The notes under the pieces were generated by a model. It searched no databases and was not told where the DNA came from. It saw nothing but the letters and a program-made list of their open reading frames with translations. A stretch of 64,000 nucleotides of DNA, taken from Eledone cirrhosa (taxonomy: Eukaryota). Position numbers and translations under genes: made by a program. Shown here one piece after another: positions 29,848 to 43,390 of this stretch (its first letter is position 1; each line of letters begins with the position of its first letter). The DNA lies in NCBI GenBank assembly GCA_964016885.1, contig OZ024743.1:200012001-200076000 (forward strand), given 5' to 3'.

Positions 29848-30074
29848 GGACCAGATTCGCTAAGGTGAAAAGAATACTAACTATAGACAATAGATGAGCA
29901 AGAATTGGTAATTCTATTCACAATTAATTTTGCGAAACAACACCAAGTTGTCTGGGTGATTGGTAGTTACCACAATTCCGGTTTGTATTGATTTTCTTGA
30001 ATTTTTCTTAACTTGAGACAGGCAAACCCTATTGTCTATAGTTAGTATTCTTTTCACCTGAGTGAATCTGGTCC
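29848..30074. repeat. Inverted repeat with ~47-bp arms
   Basis: ggaccagattcgctaaggtgaaaagaatactaactatagacaatag / ctattgtctatagttagtattcttttcacctgagtgaatctggtcc. Confidence 0.85.
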
Positions 30075-30220
30075 CTTACGATTTGAACACATATATCTAT
30101 ATATCTGTGTTCGTTTTTCTTTTATATTCAATTATAATATAGAGCTCGGAAATATCTCTTTCTTAGAGCTATTTTATTGTAAGAGACTATTTTGAGTTCC
30201 TAACTCAATATATACCTTTG

Positions 30221-30266
<46 letters not shown>

Positions 30267-30304
30267 CGAAGCCAATTCTCTAACCACTCAGCCACACACC
30301 TTCA

Positions 30305-30383
<79 letters not shown>

Positions 30384-30400
30384 GGTGCTGACGATATATA

Positions 30401-30441
30401 CGGTGTTGACGATAGCTAATAAGCTTGAAACTAGTACATCG
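30401..30441 (+). ncRNA. Minimal type I hammerhead ribozyme
   Basis: cggtg TTGACGA t agct aata agct t GAA ACTAGT A catcg. A partial duplicate just upstream (30383-30394) keeps the canonical CTGACGA. Confidence 0.72.
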
Positions 30442-30609
30442 TTCCTTTGTCAGTGTTGAACAAAAGAGCAACGATGGTTGCTAAACACTGTACGGCTTAA
30501 TTGTATATTTATATTTTAAACGAGCGATCGACTTTCGTTAAATCGGACCGAGGAAACAATGTTTCCGTTGGTCTTTCCAGTTGCTAATACTATCTATCGG
30601 TCGCAACTC

Positions 30610-30726
30610 CAGGTAGAAGGAGCAAGGTGAAATAAAGTGTCTTGCTCAAGGACATAACGCATCGCCTGGTCCAGGAATCGAACTCACAACCTCAGGATTG
30701 CGAAGCGACTTAGCCACACGCCTTCA

Positions 30727-30728
<2 letters not shown>
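30610..30728 (-). mobile_element. Second tRNA-derived SINE family (head plus CORE/V-like segment); fragments at 30263-30308 and ~7130-7260
   Basis: Minus strand: gtgtggctaagt (A box), gagttcgattcc (B box), then gtccttgagcaagacactttatttcac. Confidence 0.7.
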
Positions 30729-30811
<83 letters not shown>

Positions 30812-30818
30812 ATATATA

Positions 30819-31141
30819 AGTAGAAGTTCTATTTAAATTGTTGGGATACAACAAGCAAATATTTTTATAACTGATATAAAGCACTCAACAAATTATTGTA
30901 GTAAAAATACGATATATTAACATATTCATTATACATATTTCAAGGACACCAAGTGATGAAAGCACACCATAATTTAACTTGGTGTCCTTGAAATATGTAT
31001 AATGAAATAAATATGGTTTTATAAATATAGTTTCCATTTGTTAATATATCGTATTTTTACTCCAATAATTTGTTGAGTGCTCTATATCAGTTATAAAAAT
31101 ATTTGCTTGTTGTATCCCAACAATTTAAATAGAACTTCTAC
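30819..31141. repeat. Fold-back palindrome with a hammerhead core at the junction
   Basis: The arms are reverse-complementary. The right arm begins TGATGA aagcacacca..tggtgtcctt GAA ATATGTAT A. Confidence 0.88.
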
Positions 31142-31157
31142 ACATATATACACACAC

Positions 31158-31196
<39 letters not shown>

Positions 31197-31414
31197 CCTG
31201 AGGTTGCTTTTCCTTCTATGTTGTTTACTTGTCTCACTCGCTTTACGCGACTCACTTGTCCCAATAACTTATTTTAGTTATTGCTCGCACCAACCTGAGG
31301 TATATGATTTTTAATGCGATGAAATACCAATGATGGTTGGCAAATCACTGATGAGGGACTCATTTTATAATATGTAATCCATGTGCAACCATGCAGTATT
31401 CTTCTCCCCATGTT

Positions 31415-31462
<48 letters not shown>

Positions 31463-31759
31463 AAAAAAGTCCTGACTCTTTTCCCTGTTCCCCACTCTAC
31501 TACCCTAAGTATAGCGTAGTCTGGTGCGTTATGGTCCACCTGGTATTTTACCACACCTTCTTTGTTATATATATATATATATCCAGCAGAATTGCAACAG
31601 CAGAGGTCCGACGAGCTTTTGATTCCAGGGTCGGGCCAGATCGATACAGATTGAACCTTGAGCTCATCAATAGCGAAAAGCGCGTCACCAATCAATAAAC
31701 GTAATGAAAGCATAACTAATCGTCCTAGTATTATTATAATATATGTGCGCGCGCACGTG

Positions 31760-31784
<25 letters not shown>

Positions 31785-31791
<7 letters not shown>

Positions 31792-31870
31792 TAACAGATT
31801 AAATAAATATTTGCTCTATGTTTCTTTTATCCTTATCGAGCCCTCTTTGGAGCTTCAAACTTATTATTAT

Positions 31871-31908
<38 letters not shown>

Positions 31909-31993
31909 ATAATAATAAGTTTGAAGCTCCAAAGAGGGCTCGATAAGGATAAAAGAAACATAGAGCAAATATTTATTTAATCTGTTATTTTAA

Positions 31994-31994
<1 letters not shown>
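31785..31994. repeat. Perfect palindrome centred on a (TA)n tract
   Basis: ~88-bp arms (attaaaataacagatt..cttcaaacttattattattac and its reverse complement). Related sequence at 51606-51716. Confidence 0.92.
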
Positions 31995-32044
<50 letters not shown>

Positions 32045-32085
32045 GAGAGTAAAACAAAGAAGCCTTCAATACATAAAAAGTCTTT

Positions 32086-32131
32086 ATTAGCCGACAATGT
32101 TTCGTCCTATTAAGGACTCATCAGAGCAATT
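32086..32131 (-). ncRNA. Minimal type I hammerhead ribozyme in the inverted pLTR
   Basis: Minus strand reads attgct CTGATGA gtcct taat aggac GAA ACATTGT C ggctaat. The core is intact and stem I is gct/ggc. Confidence 0.82.
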
Positions 32132-33768
32132 AAAACAACAAGAAGTAATATCGGCAGATACAAGCCGGAAGCTCCGAAGAATATGGAGTGTACATACACT
32201 GGAGTATTACAAAAATATATAATAAAAATATATGATAAAAATTACTAAGGATGTATATAACACTAAGAACCATATTACAAATATAGTCCAAAGCAAAAAC
32301 TAGAGCTAAACAAAGGTGGTTATATAGAGCAGGAATTATATATAATACAATATAATATACTATAATATACCTTTACCAACATTAAAATTACAATAAAAAT
32401 CAAAAGATACAATATGCATATGTATATATGTGCGCACACGTACACACACACACACACACATACAACAATACACACATTCATCTTCAACTGCACAAATTAA
32501 ACCTTATTAAGAATTTGAATATAAAAATAAGCATGATAGGAATGAAAATAATAATAATAATAATACATCTACCCAATATACATGAGGTAATAATATGATA
32601 TAATTATAAGTAGTACATAGGTAATAATATGATATAATTATAAGTAGCACATATAATAATGAATAATGCAATTATATACTATATAATACAATATAATAGA
32701 ATAGATAATCTCCGGTTAATTTACACAAACAATATAGATGTCACAATAATAATATAATAATAATATTCTAAATGTACTCAAGTTAACAAGTCAATTCATA
32801 CTGGGTTACAGAGTAGGTGAGGAAAAATAAAATGTACAATACCTCAAAAAAATTATGATGATACAGAAGTACAAACATCTTACAAGATATATAAGGTTTA
32901 ACATGTAATTAACGGTAAATAATAAGGATCAATATTACAATAAAAAATACAATATAATATAATATATTATATAAAATAAAATTACTTATAATTACAAGGT
33001 TGGTAGACAGACATGTACATGGATGAGTGAGTGAGTAGTAAATATAATGCACAGTAGTATTACAAAGTATAGAATAATATAAATAAATAGAATCAACCGG
33101 AAATTAAAAAACAAAAACAAACGTATAGATTTAGGTCTCACATGCAGTTAAGTAGTTAAGTAAAAGCTAAGGAAACAACCCCTGTAAATGACTCGAAAAC
33201 CCTATTTGATAAATTAATATTAAAAATATTTAAACTATCCAATAAGGCAGTATAATATTGGCTATAGTTTAAGTCATTAAAGTTTATAAACGTTAATATT
33301 TCGTTCCAAATGTTTACAAAAAGGAATGAAATTTTTTTATTATCATATACATAACGATATCGAAAGAACTGACTTAATCAGAATTAAGGTAGTCTAATAG
33401 GGACAGAAATGAAGAAATGTATGGAGGATGCAAAGGGGCATAACATATAGTCGATATACTATATTACATAATAGAAAGGAGTGTAAAAGAAGGGGGGGTA
33501 AATAATCCTAGTCAATTTGGAGGGGTTGACATTAAGTTTATGTGCGCATGGGGGGGGGGGGGTTCCAAAGAAGAATCCGAATAAAGATAAAAATAAAAAT
33601 AAATATAAAAATAAGGATAAAATAAAATAGCGTGAAATATATAATCTTATATACATTCATAAGGTGTAACAGTGAAAATTTAATGCGTAAGAAGATATAT
33701 GTGGTGCAGTAGCCAAAAGATTATGAGATCTAGAATGAAGACTAAAAACCTATACTCCATGGATTATA

Positions 33769-35991
33769 GTGCTTACCGCGACTTTATTTATAAGGAGCTG
33801 CATAGAAACTATAAAAAAAACTACACTTGAAAATTTGAACCACATCAATAGTGATGGCCTTAGAATTGTCTCTGACCTCGGCCTCGATAAGTATACCCAG
33901 CCATATTACCCTCGAGAACCGAGATTCACTCTTAAGGATCATAAGGTTGATTTTATTAGTAACCCCTCTGTTAGACTCATCTGTCCTTCTAAGTCTGATA
34001 TAGCCATTATCAGTAAAAAAATCCTTGACCTTATTATACCAGATGTTAGGGATAAGGTTAATTTTAACCTATGGAGGAACACTAAGGAAGTTATAGATTG
34101 GTTCTCCGGGATTAATAGACTTGAATCTAATAAGTTTATCCAATTCGATATTGATGCCTACTACACATCAATTTCACCCGTCCTCCTCAATAAAGCTCTA
34201 ATGTTGGCAATGAGAGTGTCCAGCCTTACACGATCACAGGTAGATATTATACTAGCAGCCCGTAAAACTATTATTAAATTTGAGGACACATTTTGGACCC
34301 GTAAAAACACGCCCAACAATTTCGACGTTACAATGGGTTCGAGTGATTCGGCCCAGGTTACTGATCTTGTTGGGTTGTTCCTCCTTAATGAACTATATGC
34401 TACCTTCCCGCACCTTATAGGCGGACTATATCGTGATGATGCATTGTTTGTAATTAACTCTAGCACCAACAATGTACAACATAATAGGAAGAAGCTTTAT
34501 AAGTTTTTTAAAGGCTATAACCTTTCGATCACGATAGATAGAAATGATAGAGCGGTTAACTTTTTAGATGTGACTTTGGACTTGGTCACTAATAGTTTTA
34601 AACCCTTCCATAAGCCTAATGAAATACTTTCTTATGTTAGTCCCAATTCTAACCACCCCAAGTCTATGATAAGCTCTATAATTAAGGGTGTATCTAATAG
34701 GATTTCCACACTCTCTAAGGACGTAGGAACATTTAATGATCATGCGGAGTACTATAATAATGCCCTAGCAAATTCAGGTTACTCTAGTAAAATACACTAT
34801 AATAATAGTAACCTTAGAAAGTCTCCGTCTACTTTTAATAATAATAATATAATATCACATAACATGGCCATGAATGTGAGTAGCAAACATAGTAACCGTA
34901 AAAATTATATAGGTGTATCTGAACCCACCCATAAGTTAACCCACCGAACCCGCAATAGTGAATATAATACCTTTAGGAAACAAGTTGAACCCCCTGAGCG
35001 CTCACACATTGGTGATAATTTAGCTGGATCTTATTCTGATAATGTTGCTCCTACTGATCCTACTGGAGGTAGAAACTGTAATAGACTTAATGAAATTTTG
35101 GCTGATTCTATGAATGCGGCTTTAACTAATCCTTGTAGTAACCCTAGTCTCGATGGCGGCATTTTTGATAATGGTAGAGTCGGTAAGAATAAAAATAGAA
35201 GGCGATTAAACACTTATTTTAACCCGCCATATAATCAGGAAGTATCAACTAATATCCTTAGGTCTTTCTTCTCCATCTTAGAGAAAAATTTCCCCCCTTC
35301 TCATAAATACCATAGTATTTTTAATAAAAATGTTATTAAACTTTCATTCTCTACCACCCCTAATATTAGTTCTCATTTAGCTAGCACTAACAATAGGAAA
35401 ATTAGGGATGAATTCTCCTCTCTACATACTACTAGTCTGAACAGATCTGGCAATGCATTACCACCAGAACAGTCCTTATCTAATAGCAATCCTACGTGTA
35501 ATGCATCACCACTTGAGTCAACCAATAACACCCGGAAGTGCAATTGTAGAGTGAGTGCTAACTGCCCTTTAAACGGTAACTGCCTTTCTAAGAACATTGT
35601 CTATGCTTGCGAAGTTATAACTAATTCCTCTAATAGAACTTATATAGGCTCTACATCTAACACTTTTAAGACTAGGTTTAACTCTCATATCTCTAATTTC
35701 AAGCATGTTAAGTTTAAGAATTCTACTTCTTTAGCACATTATGTCTGGGATCTTAAGATAGCTAATATACCATATAGCCTTAACTGGCGTTTAGTAGCAC
35801 GCTCTAACCACCTTTCTACACATACTAAGTTTTGTAATCTCTGTATCCTCGAGACACACTCTATAATCTTCTCTAGCGCATCTTTACTTAATAGAAAGTC
35901 TGAGATATTCTCTTCTTGCCCCCATGCTATTTCTAATTCATACTTTTATTATAAACCTAAACGTTCTAGTAGTACAAATTGTACCCATTAG
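33769..35991 (+). CDS. Penelope-like RT + C-terminal GIY-YIG endonuclease (Naiad-like signature), N-terminally truncated
   Basis: Uninterrupted 740 aa. RT motifs FIQFDIDAYYTSI, FDVTMGSSDSAQVTDLVG, LYRDDAL and VNFLDVTLDL. Then CNCR..CPLNGNCL, NIVY..TYIGST..FKTRFNSH, CNLCILE and LLNRKSE..CPH. The start is not a true ATG because the 5' end is cut at the inversion junction. Confidence 0.92.
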   Translation: MLTATLFIRSCIETIKKTTLENLNHINSDGLRIVSDLGLDKYTQPYYPREPRFTLKDHKVDFISNPSVRLICPSKSDIAIISKKILDLIIPDVRDKVNFNLWRNTKEVIDWFSGINRLESNKFIQFDIDAYYTSISPVLLNKALMLAMRVSSLTRSQVDIILAARKTIIKFEDTFWTRKNTPNNFDVTMGSSDSAQVTDLVGLFLLNELYATFPHLIGGLYRDDALFVINSSTNNVQHNRKKLYKFFKGYNLSITIDRNDRAVNFLDVTLDLVTNSFKPFHKPNEILSYVSPNSNHPKSMISSIIKGVSNRISTLSKDVGTFNDHAEYYNNALANSGYSSKIHYNNSNLRKSPSTFNNNNIISHNMAMNVSSKHSNRKNYIGVSEPTHKLTHRTRNSEYNTFRKQVEPPERSHIGDNLAGSYSDNVAPTDPTGGRNCNRLNEILADSMNAALTNPCSNPSLDGGIFDNGRVGKNKNRRRLNTYFNPPYNQEVSTNILRSFFSILEKNFPPSHKYHSIFNKNVIKLSFSTTPNISSHLASTNNRKIRDEFSSLHTTSLNRSGNALPPEQSLSNSNPTCNASPLESTNNTRKCNCRVSANCPLNGNCLSKNIVYACEVITNSSNRTYIGSTSNTFKTRFNSHISNFKHVKFKNSTSLAHYVWDLKIANIPYSLNWRLVARSNHLSTHTKFCNLCILETHSIIFSSASLLNRKSEIFSSCPHAISNSYFYYKPKRSSSTNCTH

Positions 35992-37673
35992 TTGATATAT
36001 TCCATTACTTATTTTTTAGTTTAGGTCCTTTTGTTTGCCAACATTATTATTATCATCATTATTATAATTGGTTTTTGATGACTCTTCATTCTAGATCTCA
36101 TAATCTTTTGGCTACTGTACCACATCTATCTTCTTACGCATTAAATTTTCACTGTTACACCTTATGAATGTATATAAGATTATATATTTCACGCTTTTAT
36201 TTTATTTTATCCTTATTTTTATTTTTATTTTTATTTTTATCTTTATTCGGATTCTTCTTTGGACCCCCCCCCCATGCGCACATAAACTTAATGTCAACCC
36301 CTCCAAATCGACTAGGATTATTTAACCCCCCCCCTTCTTTTACACTCCTTTCTATTATGTAATATAGTATATCGACTATATTTTATGCCCCTTTGCATCC
36401 TCCATACATTTCTTCATTTCTGTCCCTATTAGCCTACCTTAATTCTGCTTAAGTCAGTTCTTTCGATATCGTTATGTATATGATAATAAAAAATTTTCAT
36501 TCCTTTTTGTAAACATTTGGAACGAAATATTAACGTTTATAAACTTTAATGACTTAAACTATAGCCAATATTATACTGCCTTATTGGATAGTTTAAATAT
36601 TTTTAATATTAATTTATCAAATAGGGTTTTCGAGTCATTTACAGGGGTTGTTTCCTTAGCTTTTACTTAACTACTTAACTGCATGTGAGACCTAAATCTA
36701 TACGTTTGTTTTTGTTTTTTAATTTCCGGTTGATTCTATTTATTTATATTATTCTATACTTTGTAATACTACTCACTCACTCATCCATGTACATGTCTGT
36801 CTACCAACCTTGTAATTATAAGTAATTTTATTTTATATAATATATTATATTATATTGTATTTTTTATTGTAATATTGATCCTTATTATTTACCGTTAATT
36901 ATATGTTAAACCTTATATATCTTGTAAGATGTTTGTACTTCTGTATCATCATAATTTTTTTGAGGTATTGTACATTTTATTTTTCCTCACCTACTCTGTA
37001 ACCCAGTATGAATTGACTTGTTAACTTGAGTACATTTAGAATATTATTATTATATTATTATTGTGACATCTATATTGTTTGTGTAAATTAACCGGAGATT
37101 ATCTATTCTATTATATTGTATTATATAGTATATAATTGCATTATTCATTATTATATGTGCTACTTATAATTATATCATATTATTACCTATGTACTACTTA
37201 TAATTATATCATATTATTACCTCATGTATATTGGGTAGATGTATTATTATTATTATTATTTTCATTCCTATCATGCTTATTTTTATATTTAAATTCTTAA
37301 TAAGGTTTAATTTGTGCAGTTGAAGATGGATGTGTGTATTATTGTATGTGTGTGTGTGTGTGTACGTGTGCGCACATATATACATATGCATATTGTATCT
37401 TTTGATTTTTATTGTAATTTTAATGTTGGTAAAGGTATATTATAGTATATTATATTGTATTATATATAATTCCTGCTCTATATAACCACCTTTGTTTAGC
37501 TCTAGTTTTTGCTTTGGACTATATTTGTAATATGGTTCTTAGTGATATATACATCCTTAGTAATTTTTATCATATATTTTTATTATATATTTTTGTAATA
37601 CTCCATTGTATGTACACTCCATATTCTTCGGAGCTACCGGCTTGTATCTGCCGATATTACTTCTTGTTGTTTT

Positions 37674-37720
37674 AATTGCTCTGATGAGTCCTTAATAGGA
37701 CGAAACATTGTCGTCTAATA
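37674..37720 (+). ncRNA. Minimal type I hammerhead ribozyme in the PLE 3' pLTR
   Basis: CTGATGA, stem II GTCCT-taat-AGGAC, GAA, then ACATTGT-C (short stem III, GUC cleavage triplet). Stem I is weakened by one substitution relative to the left-arm copy. Confidence 0.8.
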
Positions 37721-37865
37721 AAGACTTTTGATGTATTGAAGGCTTCTTTGTTTTACTCTCTTAATTTTTCGGCTCTTCTGTTTAACTACATTGAGCTATA
37801 TCTTTTACTGTCATTTCTATAATACGAAGAGTGTGTTTAACTTTAACCAACTCCAGTATTTTAAC

Positions 37866-38185
<320 letters not shown>

Positions 38186-38505
38186 ATTATTATTACTATA
38201 TATATATATATATATATATATATGTCTTCTCGTCAATGTTCGCAAGATCTTATGTTCAAATGAATCATTGACTTGATTTTCTCATTTTTTCCTCTCTTTA
38301 CGTTGCCTCACCATTCATGTTGTTTACCTGTCTCTCTTTCTCCACCCAATTCTTTTTATCCCAATAACTTATTTTAGTTATTGTTCGCGGTAGCCTGAGG
38401 TATCTGGTCTTTAATGCGAAGAAATACCTATGATGGCTAGTAGACCACTGATGATGGATAGTCCTGGTTTCTATTTCTAATTCTTCATTTTTATTTGTAT
38501 ATATA

Positions 38506-41500
38506 TAACGATAGTTATAGCTCTGATTCATCTGAATTATTGAGCCCTCTGCCGCTCATTTCGAATTTTGTTTATCGTGAACTCGTGCGCCGATTTTTCG
38601 ATACTCGATCTTTCTAATATTTTTAGCTCTGGACATAGCTATCCACCAGTTAATTTTATTGCTCATTTTTTGTCGATTCTATTGAGTGATGAATAACTTT
38701 TGTTTTATTTTAACATGTCTATTGAGCACTCTTATTCGATATGTGTATTTCCACATTCCCTCGAATTGTTTTCGCGGATATAGGGGTTATCTCCCTTGTC
38801 TAATGCCATGTGCGTTTTTCACTGGTAGTTGGCCCCTTTTCCGCTAGGAAAAAAGCTCGTTGAGAAAGTAAACTCCGTTCCGCTTACTCTAGTAGGCTTT
38901 TATATTTATATGTGAGCTGATAGAGTACAGTCTAAGGATTTACAGAAACCCATGAAGCTAGATTTAACACCTTTCTAGTGGGTCCGGGTATGATTTTACA
39001 TTCATTTAAATTATTGATGTATTGTTTTATTGATATTTTTTATCTGTTTGTCCCGAATCTTCCTTTATCGATTTTTTATCGTATGGTTGATTGTAGACTT
39101 GTTCTATATGTGACGGTATTTTAACGATAGTTATAGCTCTGATTCATCTGAATTATTGAGCCCTCTGCCGCTCATTTCGAATTTTGTTTATCGTGAACTC
39201 GTGCGCCGATTTTTCGATACTCGATCTTTCTAATATTTTTAGCTCTGGACATAGCTATCCACCAGTTAATTTTATTGCTCATTTTTTGTCGATTCTATTG
39301 AGTGATGAATAGCTTTTGTTTTATTTTAACATGTCTATTGAGCACTCTTATTCAATATGTGTATTTCCACATTCCCTCGAATTGTTTTCGCGGATATAGG
39401 GGTTATCTCCCTTGTCTAATGCCATGTGCGTTTTTCACTGGTAGTTGGCCCCTTTTCCGCTAGGAAAAAAGCTCGTTGAGAAAGTAAACTCCGTTCCGCT
39501 TACTCTAGTAGGCTTTTATATTTATATGTGAGCTGATAGAGTACAGTCTAAGGATTTACAGAAACCCATGAAGCTAGATTTAACACCTTTCTAGTGGGTC
39601 CGGGTATGATTTTACATTCATTTAAATTATTGATGTATTGTTTTATTGATATTTTTTATCTGTTTGTCCCGAATCTTCCTTTATCGATTTTTTATCGTAT
39701 GGTTGATTGTAGACTTGTTCTATATGTGACGGTATTTTAACGATAGTTATAGCTCTGATTCATCTGAATTATTGAGCCCTCTGCCGCTCATTTCGAATTT
39801 AGTTTATCGTGAACTCGTGCGCCGATTTTTCGATACTCGATCTTTCTAATATTTTTAGCTCTGGACATAGCTATCCACCAGTTAATTTTATTGCTCATTT
39901 TTTGTCGATTCTATTGAGTGATGAATAGCTTTTGTTTTATTTTAACATGTCTATTGAGCACTCTTATTCGATATGTGTATTTCCACATTCCCTCGAATTG
40001 TTTTCGCGGATATAGGGGTTATCTCCCTTGTCTAATGCCATGTGCGTTTTTCACTGGTAGTTGGCCCCTTTTCCGCTAGGAAAAAAGCTCGTTGAGAAAG
40101 TAAACTCCGTTCCGCTTACTCTAGTAGGCTTTTATATTTATATGTGAGCTGATAGAGTACAGTCTAAGGATTTACAGAAACCCATGAAGCTAGATTTAAC
40201 ACCTTTCTAGTGGGTCCGGGTATGATTTTACATTCATTTAAATTATTGATGTATTATTTTATTGATATTTTTTATCTGTTTGTCCCGAATCTTCCTTTAT
40301 CGATTTTTTATCGTATGGTTGATTGTAGACTTGTTCTATATGTGACGGTATTTTAACGATAGTTATAGCTCTGATTCATCTGAATTATTGAGCCCTCTGC
40401 CGCTCATTTCGAATTTTGTTTATCGTGAACTCGTGCGCCGATTTTTCGATACTCGATCTTTCTAATATTTTTAGCTCTGGACATAGCTATCCACCAGTTA
40501 ATTTTATTGCTCATTTTTTGTCGATTCTATTGAGTGATGAATAGCTTTTGTTTTATTTTAACATGTCTATTGAGCACTCTTATTCGATATGTGTATTTCC
40601 ACATTCCCTCGAATTGTTTTCGCGGATATAGGGGTTATCTCCCTTGTCTAATGCCATGTGCGTTTTTCACTGGTAGTTGGCCCCTTTTCCGCTAGGAAAA
40701 AAGCTCGTTGAGAAAGTAAACTCCGTTCCGCTTACTCTAGTAGGCTTTTATATTTATATGTGAGCTGATAGAGTACAGTCTAAGGATTTACAGAAACCCA
40801 TGAAGCTAGATTTAACACCTTTCTAGTGGGTCCGGGTATGATTTTACATTCATTTAAATTATTGATGTATTGTTTTATTGATATTTTTTATCTGTTTGTC
40901 CCGAATCTTCCTTTATCGATTTTTTATCGTATGGTTGATTGTAGACTTGTTCTATATGTGACGGTATTTTAACGATAGTTATAGCTCTGATTCATCTGAA
41001 TTATTGAGCCCTCTGCCGCTCATTTCGAATTTTGTTTATCGTGAACTCGTGCGCCGATTTTTCGATACTCGATCTTTCTAATATTTTTAGCTCTGGACAT
41101 AGCTATCCACCAGTTAATTTTATTGCTCATTTTTTGTCGATTCTATTGAGTGATGAATAGCTTTTGTTTTATTTTAACATGTCTATTGAGCACTCTTATT
41201 CGATATGTGTATTTCCACATTCCCTCGAATTGTTTTCGCGGATATAGGGGTTATCTCCCTTGTCTAATGCCATGTGCGTTTTTCACTGGTAGTTGGCCCC
41301 TTTTCCGCTAGGAAAAAAGCTCGTTGAGAAAGTAAACTCCGTTCCGCTTACTCTAGTAGGCTTTTATATGTATATGTGAGCTGATAGAGTACAGTCTAAG
41401 GATTTACAGAAACCCATGAAGCTAGATTTAACACCTTTCTAGTGGGTCCGGGTATGATTTTACATTCATTTAAATTATTGATGTATTGTTTTATTGATAT

Positions 41501-41700
41501 TTTTTATCTGTTTGTCCCGAATCTTCCTTTATCGATTTTTTATCGTATGGTTGATTGTAGACTTGTTCTATATGTGACGGTATTTTAACGATAGTTATAG
41601 CTCTGATTCATCTGAATTATTGAGCCCTCTGCCGCTCATTTCGAATTTTGTTTATCGTGAACTCGTGCGCCGATTTTTCGATACTCGATCTTTCTAATAT
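38506..41700. repeat. Tandem array with a 616-bp unit, 5 full copies plus ~114 bp
   Basis: AACGATAGTTATAG starts at 38507, 39123, 39739, 40355, 40971 and 41587 (period 616). Only about five substitutions were seen among units. TA repeats at both ends. Confidence 0.97.
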
Positions 41701-41926
41701 ATATATATATATATATAGTAATAATAAGTAGGGACGAAGTCTTAAATTATCATTAAGTTTATTAAGGTGTGACGCGCGTTTCACGATTGATCAGCTCAAG
41801 GTTCGCTTTATATCGACTGGGTCCAATAGATAATCATATCTATACACCCTTTGACATTTCTCAGACACACACACACACACACATACACACACACATCCAC
41901 ACAATGCACATATTTACACACACACA

Positions 41927-41929
41927 ATC

Positions 41930-41981
<52 letters not shown>

Positions 41982-42511
41982 CCACCGCCACCACCACCAA
42001 CACCACCACCACCACCATATCATCATTATCAATCATCATCATCGTTCAACATTATTATTATGAACGGTGGATTGGCTGAATCGATAGAGCGTCAGACACC
42101 ATGCTTTGTAGCACAGAGTTATGGTCCTTTACGTCCTGAGTTCAAATTTCGCTGAGGTTAACTTTGCCTTTCATCCTTACGGGGTCGATAAAATAAAGTA
42201 CCTGTAATGTACTGAAATAATTGCTGGCCTTGTGTCAAAAGTGGAAACAATTATTATTATGAATATATATATATATCTTTTAAATCAGCTTCATTGTATT
42301 TTCTTCGTTGTCCGGTCATCTTACCTTTCTTAATCCGCCTCCTGCGCTTCCACCTCCCCCTCCTCTTCATTCACCTCCGCCATCACCAACTCCTCCTTTT
42401 CTTCTCCGCCTCATTAGCCATCTTCCTCTCCTCCTCCTATTCTCATTCTCGCCTCCTCCCCTACTTCTACTACTATTACTACTACTACTACTACTGCTGC
42501 TGATGCTGATG

Positions 42512-42578
<67 letters not shown>

Positions 42579-43390
42579 CACTACTCGCCATCATCATCAT
42601 CACCATTATCATCTATTAAAGCTAGTTTACAACACAACTATATACCTATTTATTACATATTCACTATACAGTACTACTATTTATTTCTACCAAACTTTAT
42701 CTTTTAGTGCTGATTTCATAACAGCTTCCTACTTTAGCACGTGTGTGTGTATGTGTATATATGCATGTATATGTGTATATGTGCATGTGTATGTGTGTAT
42801 GTGTGTATGTGTGTGTGTTCGTATATAGGAAAGGGAGAGATAGAGAGAGAGGGGCTTTAAAATGGCGGTGCAGTGTTCTTCGTCTATTTAGATTTCTTTG
42901 GCGAAAGAAAGTTTGCAGAAGTTTTTCCGCGAGATTTACAATACTGATATTTGTGCTGTTGTTGTTGTTGTTAGTACTTTCTGTTGTTCTTATGATTATT
43001 GTTGTTGTTGTTGTTGTTGTTGTTGTTAGTATTTGCTGTTGTTCTTATGATTATCATTATTGTTGTCGAACGCAGTGGATTGGCAGTATCGATAGAGCGT
43101 CAGACACAATGCTTTGCAGCATAGCGTTATGGCCCTTTACGTTCTGAGTTCAAATCCCGCCGAGGTTAGCTTTGCCTTTCATCCTTACGGGGTCGCACTG
43201 GGATAATTGCTGGCCTTGTGCCAAAAGTAGAAACAATTATTATCGTTGTTGTTGTTGTTCTTCTTTTTTCTTCGCGGTGGTGGCGGCGGTGGTGGTGGTG
43301 GTGATGATGTTTTTGGTAGTGGTCCTTGAGCAGTTTTTGTTACTGCTATTGTTATTTTTGTTGTTGTTGTTGTTGTTGTTGTTGCTCTTA
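41927..43390. repeat. Trinucleotide microsatellite cluster: (CAT)n, (CAC)n, (CTC)n, (TAC)n, (GTT)n, (GGT)n
   Basis: Read directly; interleaved with SINEs. Confidence 0.93.

Noticed and set aside
38506-41700. Array considered as CRISPR or an rDNA/5S/snRNA cluster
   Set aside because: The units are identical end to end with no unique spacers, there is no recognisable structural RNA gene, and the context is eukaryotic.
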